Part shown: positions 60,601-64,000 of the stretch, in pieces | How the letters are laid out: every line of letters starts with the position of its first letter | Position numbering within the stretch: position 1 is the first letter of the stretch | Assembly: GCA_016840085.1 (NCBI GenBank) | Contig: JAEOTA010000004.1 | Coordinates: 1 to 64,000 of the forward strand | Reading direction: 5' to 3' | Length of the DNA stretch: 64,000 nucleotides | Source of the DNA: Promethearchaeota archaeon | Lineage (GTDB): Archaea; Asgardarchaeota; Lokiarchaeia; Sigyniarchaeales; SOKP01 | Position numbers and translations under genes: made by a program | The notes under the pieces: model-generated | The model's input: the letters and a program-made list of their open reading frames with translations, nothing else | The model's database searches: none | What the model was told of the DNA's origin: nothing

Positions 60601-61749
60601 GATAATTTAATCGAGGGATTATTACTTAATTTTAAAAATTTAACTGCTTTAGAATGGATGGGATATTCATTGGACGGACAAGCCAATAAGACAATTTTAG
60701 GAAATGTTACCATTCCCTTACCCCACGATGGAATCCATACACTTCAGGTATTCGGGAATGATTCGATAGGAAATATACATGAATCAATAATAAGATATTT
60801 CACGGTTGATATTAATCCTCCTAAGATATTCATTAATCTCCCATATGAGAATGCTTTAATCAGTAGTAAATCTCCTAATTTTAACTTATCTATAGAGGGA
60901 CTATACATTAATACAACATGGTATACATTAGATAATGGCATCACAAATATTCCATTTAAAGGGTTAGCAGGACCAATCAACCAAACAGAGTGGAGTAAAA
61001 GACCAGATGGCCCTGTTACTATTAAATTTTATGCAAATAATACATATGGGAAAGAAAACTCTTCAGAGGTTATAGTTAATAAAGATACAAGTATCCCAAT
61101 AGTTACTATTATTTCACCAGAAATCGATGAATTCTTTGGGAGCGCTCCACCTACTTTTAATCTTTCAATTACAGAATTGAATCTAAACAAGACATGGTAT
61201 ACAATAGATAACGGAATTACTAACATCACTTTTAGTGGATTAACGGGAACTATTAATCAAGATGAATGGGATGGTAAAGTAGATGGACCAGTTACAATAA
61301 AATTCTATGCTAATGATTCTTTTGGATTTAAAGGATATGCAGAAAGAATTATTTATAAGGATACTACTAAACCAACTTCGCTAATATCTTTTATACCTCA
61401 TAGCGAAACAATAAAAGTGAATAAATCAACGCTTTTTACAATAACAGTTGATGATGGATTAGGATCAGGGATTTCTTTAATTAGATATAAAATTAATGAT
61501 TCTGCTTGGATAGATTATAGTGATCCCTTTGACTTATCTAACTATGAACCTGGTTATTATCTTATCACGTATTATTCTATTGATGTGGTAGGTAATATTG
61601 AAGCAGAAAATACAATTCTAGTAAAATTGGTGGGACTGCCTTCAAAAGAAGCGCCAGGAGGTATTCCAGGATATAACATTTATATCTTAATAAGTGTTTT
61701 TGGAGTTTCAATAATTCTACTTATAAAGCGTTATAGAAATTTTAAATAA
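57625..61749 (+). CDS. Large membrane-anchored surface protein (Trp-rich propeller repeats, CBM-like, LamG-like and Ig-like domains, IPGY-TM tail)
   Basis: Signal peptide; ten ~43-aa W-x-YTG...WDG-x-x-WW repeats; NNKWYHH...WYIDG LamG-like segment; C-terminal IPGY + TM + basic residues. Confidence 0.85.
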   Translation: MKSKLKQIIALIAIILLITFSSTIYINLYAYIDNTNNKSSTNPDENMSTLSSSSKSLIYHEDFNDTSSFWDLYDVPKRTMALSYLPSDDAYTSSADPYEYYGSQSQCKVTNEPEWTFSGESWFIGSHWTFPLDIFWDGSNWWLLDINYRIVKKYSSSWGYTGVHYDLSPQNDAPADIFWDGANWWMLSFDNIVYKYDASWGYTGISHDLSSEEDNAQTFFWDGNNWWTAGGGNQRIYKYDSSWSYTGISYDISILGIIPQDIFWWDGGYWWVLDSSISYIYLFDSDWVYTAISHDLSSQDNHPLSIFWEGTNWWMVGSNDIMVYKYDYTPWDNHEWIYTGISYDFNPIFYEPIDVFWGYGDWWILGLDSQSYNWRAYKYSSSWEFTGDQINLTPIVEEPIDFFFHDSAVIYVIGYNNSPTPAITRFSSDWDVFDISFELYEDGDPESICWDGTHWWMLGSENDRVYQYEDHFDYWMYTEVTYDIGTQNSNPRDIFWDGTNWWMLGGNGKIYKYTSSWDYTGISFPLSSQDSDPTSICWDNWYNHWWMLGADQGMMFKYLEPRGEEYSFIKKEFPYLYTNYTQNSNLRCYVNDGVFPSTIYSFSTSNFNEASIIWDNQPSEVDSLASSVVTGTGWATINLSHPFYYYLLKCDSNSIEFSSSEASSNHPTINYYLSKHYQGGGILYCQTNESEVLTLRSPNSYNFNLKKGDSIEITFNTTSSNKIDFNLRYTGIEQKSFTFSEMGNIDFTTRTVELILDEDMTIDQFEISGLFDVTKNLIIDEIRIYTPSIYIVTPENKTYTGPIDGYYPATYSFDEGALGEDPINWIVDETGGTCNVIGDIAGHKSVIELNDKSDPNQVRVSNYFNPQISGILEFWWMTNNVTKNSYFRLNQDNIIGVNLRISDGYFGYYDSSLHQIKIIENNKWYHHQVIFNASKDKYDWYIDGILEVNDANFDNPINLPNRLLFESHTTMNDYCTYYDAIGYSWDPNYNIGDNLIEGLLLNFKNLTALEWMGYSLDGQANKTILGNVTIPLPHDGIHTLQVFGNDSIGNIHESIIRYFTVDINPPKIFINLPYENALISSKSPNFNLSIEGLYINTTWYTLDNGITNIPFKGLAGPINQTEWSKRPDGPVTIKFYANNTYGKENSSEVIVNKDTSIPIVTIISPEIDEFFGSAPPTFNLSITELNLNKTWYTIDNGITNITFSGLTGTINQDEWDGKVDGPVTIKFYANDSFGFKGYAERIIYKDTTKPTSLISFIPHSETIKVNKSTLFTITVDDGLGSGISLIRYKINDSAWIDYSDPFDLSNYEPGYYLITYYSIDVVGNIEAENTILVKLVGLPSKEAPGGIPGYNIYILISVFGVSIILLIKRYRNFK

Positions 61750-61775
61750 TTACTACTTTTTTTTATATTTAACAT

Positions 61776-62369
61776 TTATAAGCTCTCTGAATTGTATCCC
61801 TTTTCCTTTCTTCTTGGATCTCTTATTATGAACTCGCGAAATACTTCGTTGTCATCATCAATAAACTCCCAAAACTCATTATATATATCTTGAAGGGTCA
61901 TTTTCTTATTTTTTGAATTATTTTCTTTGCTTTGGTGTTGATTTTCTTGTTCTGATTTATTATATACTCTATAACTATTTTGCTGATTATTGATATTAGA
62001 ATTTGCTTGTCGAGGTCTATATTCAAGATAATTACCTTCTAAAATTAAATTTTCGAATAGGTCTTTATCACTATTTTTGAAATTCTCGGAGTTAAGTTCG
62101 TTTCTTCTTGTTGTTGAATTCTCAAATTCGAAGTCTACTCGTTGATAGCCACGAACTGCGCAATTTTTATCAACAAATGCTTGAAATTGATGTTCACATA
62201 CTAAACCTTTGGCAATTGACATTGTAGTTAGACCTTTTGCTTGAGTAATAACTGATCTTGGAAAATGTAGTATTTTCTCAGCTTTACAAACTGGACAGAT
62301 GAACCTAATTTGAGTAGAATCATTCAAAGAAGTTGTATCTGCATTTTGAGTAGGTTTAGTAATAGCCAT
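61776..62369 (-). CDS. Hypothetical protein with putative Zn-binding N-terminal domain
   Basis: CPVC...CEHQFQAFVDKN-x-x-VRGYQRVDF, low-complexity N/Q linker. Confidence 0.7.
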   Translation of the reverse strand: MAITKPTQNADTTSLNDSTQIRFICPVCKAEKILHFPRSVITQAKGLTTMSIAKGLVCEHQFQAFVDKNCAVRGYQRVDFEFENSTTRRNELNSENFKNSDKDLFENLILEGNYLEYRPRQANSNINNQQNSYRVYNKSEQENQHQSKENNSKNKKMTLQDIYNEFWEFIDDDNEVFREFIIRDPRRKEKGYNSESL

Positions 62370-62475
62370 AATGACACCTTCTTTTAGTATTCAGAAATTA
62401 CAAATAAAAACCCCTTTATAAATATGAAGAGACTGAAATGATAAGTAAAACGCTGATCGGGAGAAAATTTAGAAA

Positions 62476-63024
62476 CTACGTGTTTTTGGGATCAAATTTT
62501 AAATTCATATTGGTTTTATCCAATTCAAAATTAATAATAAGATTAGATATCGAATCACTTTCTATCTTGAAAGAATGTTTACCTTTAGATAATAAATTAA
62601 GATTCTCTTCGTCTAACTTTATTAAAACACTAACTCTATCTCCTAATGCTATAGTTCTCCCGCTGAACTTACCCTTAAGGATATCATCCAATTTAAATGA
62701 TTCTTCCTTATGGTAAATGGTGAAATGATCTTTAATCATTTCTAAATTTATAGATTCTTTAGAAATTTTAATTTGGATCTCATCTAGAAATAATTTTGTG
62801 TGTTCAGATAAATCAAAATTATCGATATCAAAGCTTTTTATATCAAAATCTCCAATTTCAATGTTTTCAGGGACTACAAAAGGGATCAGTAAATTAATCA
62901 CTTTTATTTGTATCGAATCTACTTTTCCATCACCGGTGGTGTCGACGGTAAATACACATTTTTTAGGCGGGAAAAGTTTTTTAATTAATACTTTAAAAGA
63001 AGTTAAATCATATGGTATAAGCAA
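62476..63024 (-). CDS. Hypothetical protein
   Basis: 182-aa ORF behind GGGTGA; contains DTTGDGKVD, a possible Ca-binding loop. Confidence 0.65.
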   Translation of the reverse strand: MLIPYDLTSFKVLIKKLFPPKKCVFTVDTTGDGKVDSIQIKVINLLIPFVVPENIEIGDFDIKSFDIDNFDLSEHTKLFLDEIQIKISKESINLEMIKDHFTIYHKEESFKLDDILKGKFSGRTIALGDRVSVLIKLDEENLNLLSKGKHSFKIESDSISNLIINFELDKTNMNLKFDPKNT

Positions 63025-63050
63025 TCACCCCGATGATTTTTTTTATTTAA

Positions 63051-64000
63051 TTATATATCTACTTCAGAAATTTTTACAGGGCGATTATCTTCATATGATT
63101 TTTGAGCAGCTTTAGCTACGAGAACATCTTGCAGACCATCTTCCCCGTTTGGTAAAGGTTCTATATTTTTACGCAAGCATTCAAAGAAACTTTTCAATTC
63201 AGTTGCGTAAGATTCCATATATCTTTCTAAGAAAAAGTATGGAATCTTGTCTATATTGGTGCATTCTGCTGTGTAAATCCGAACGGTGTTAGTAGCCTCA
63301 TTATCTGCTACTACGCATCCTTTAGATCCAAACACTTCAACCCGTTGATCGTATCCATAAACTGCTTGACGAGTATTATCAATTATTCCTATAGCGCCAT
63401 TTTTAAATTTTAGAAGGGCAACAGCGGTATCTATATCTCCTACCTTACCAATTTCCGGATCAATAAGTACTGCACCAGTTGCATAGATTTCTTCTACCTC
63501 ACTCCCGGCTTGAAATCGTGCCATATCCCAATCATGAATCGTCATATCTAAAAACATCCCACCCGAGACCTTTATATATTCTATTGGAGGGGGAGCAGGA
63601 TCTCGAGAAGTAATTTTAACGATATGAGGTTCACCTATTTGACCAGAGGCAACTGATTCATGACACCTTATAAAATTACGATCAAAGCGTCGGTTAAACC
63701 CAACCATGAGTTTTATTCCCGATTTTTCAACAATTGAAAGTGTTTTTTTAATCCGTTTTATATCTGTATCGATAGGTTTCTCACAAAAGACATGTTTTTT
63801 TGCCTTGGCAGCTTCTTGAATAAATTTTGTATGTGTGTCTGTAGAAGAACAAATCACTACAACCTCAATTTTAGGATCATCAAAGATTTCATTTGGGTCC
63901 GAAGTGAGTTTTATCACACCCATTTCAGCCGCCCATTGTTTTAAGTCATCGTTTATTTTAATATCAGCTACAATTTTTAAATTAATATCAGATATCTTAT
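63051..64000 (-). CDS. iolG: Gfo/Idh/MocA oxidoreductase (inositol 2-dehydrogenase-like); 5' end outside the window
   Basis: HVFCEKP, VGFNRRFD, TSRDPAPPP, SGGMFLDMTIHD, YGYDQRVEVFG; frame open to the window edge. Confidence 0.88.
   Translation of the reverse strand, partial: KISDINLKIVADIKINDDLKQWAAEMGVIKLTSDPNEIFDDPKIEVVVICSSTDTHTKFIQEAAKAKKHVFCEKPIDTDIKRIKKTLSIVEKSGIKLMVGFNRRFDRNFIRCHESVASGQIGEPHIVKITSRDPAPPPIEYIKVSGGMFLDMTIHDWDMARFQAGSEVEEIYATGAVLIDPEIGKVGDIDTAVALLKFKNGAIGIIDNTRQAVYGYDQRVEVFGSKGCVVADNEATNTVRIYTAECTNIDKIPYFFLERYMESYATELKSFFECLRKNIEPLPNGEDGLQDVLVAKAAQKSYEDNRPVKISEVDI

Noticed and set aside
2524-63115. Numerous short antisense or nested ORFs (e.g. 2524..2886, 8975..9298, 24828..25163, 48062..48403, 62798..63115)
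   Set aside because: They are shadows of well-supported genes on the other strand or frame

Overview
AT-rich archaeal chromosomal segment, most likely an Asgard archaeon of the Lokiarchaeia type. This is inferred from Roadblock and longin-like proteins, S26e, IPGY-ending surface proteins and the overall gene set. It carries housekeeping blocks (TFB-Gar1, RaSEA-ArcS, dnaG, secE-ftsY-pfdA-LX-eIF6-L31e-L39e-PDCD5-S19e, YhbY-Rpp21-Nep1-tRNA-Gly), corrinoid/C1 genes (B12-binding protein, CdhE, ChlD-like + CobN chelatase), three ABC systems, and accessory DNA around two tRNA genes with repeat-rich surface proteins. The main signal is a set of five short (28-31 nt) bulge-helix-bulge (BHB) introns that the ORF track misses. 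(1) A 30-nt BHB intron lies in the mRNA of a ubiquitin-like ThiS/MoaD/SAMP gene (6018-6047, minus strand). It carries an in-frame stop, and only its removal yields the C-terminal Gly-Gly. (2) A tRNA-Phe(GAA) gene (57232-57425) is split by four introns at non-canonical positions and reconstructs to a well-formed 74-nt cloverleaf. Also notable: an Lrp/AsnC-TBP-Lrp/AsnC fusion, several genes that appear to start at ATT/ATA, an unassigned ~315-nt structured RNA candidate with a K-turn, and two cassette-like insertions flanked by direct repeats. All calls were made by eye, without database searches.
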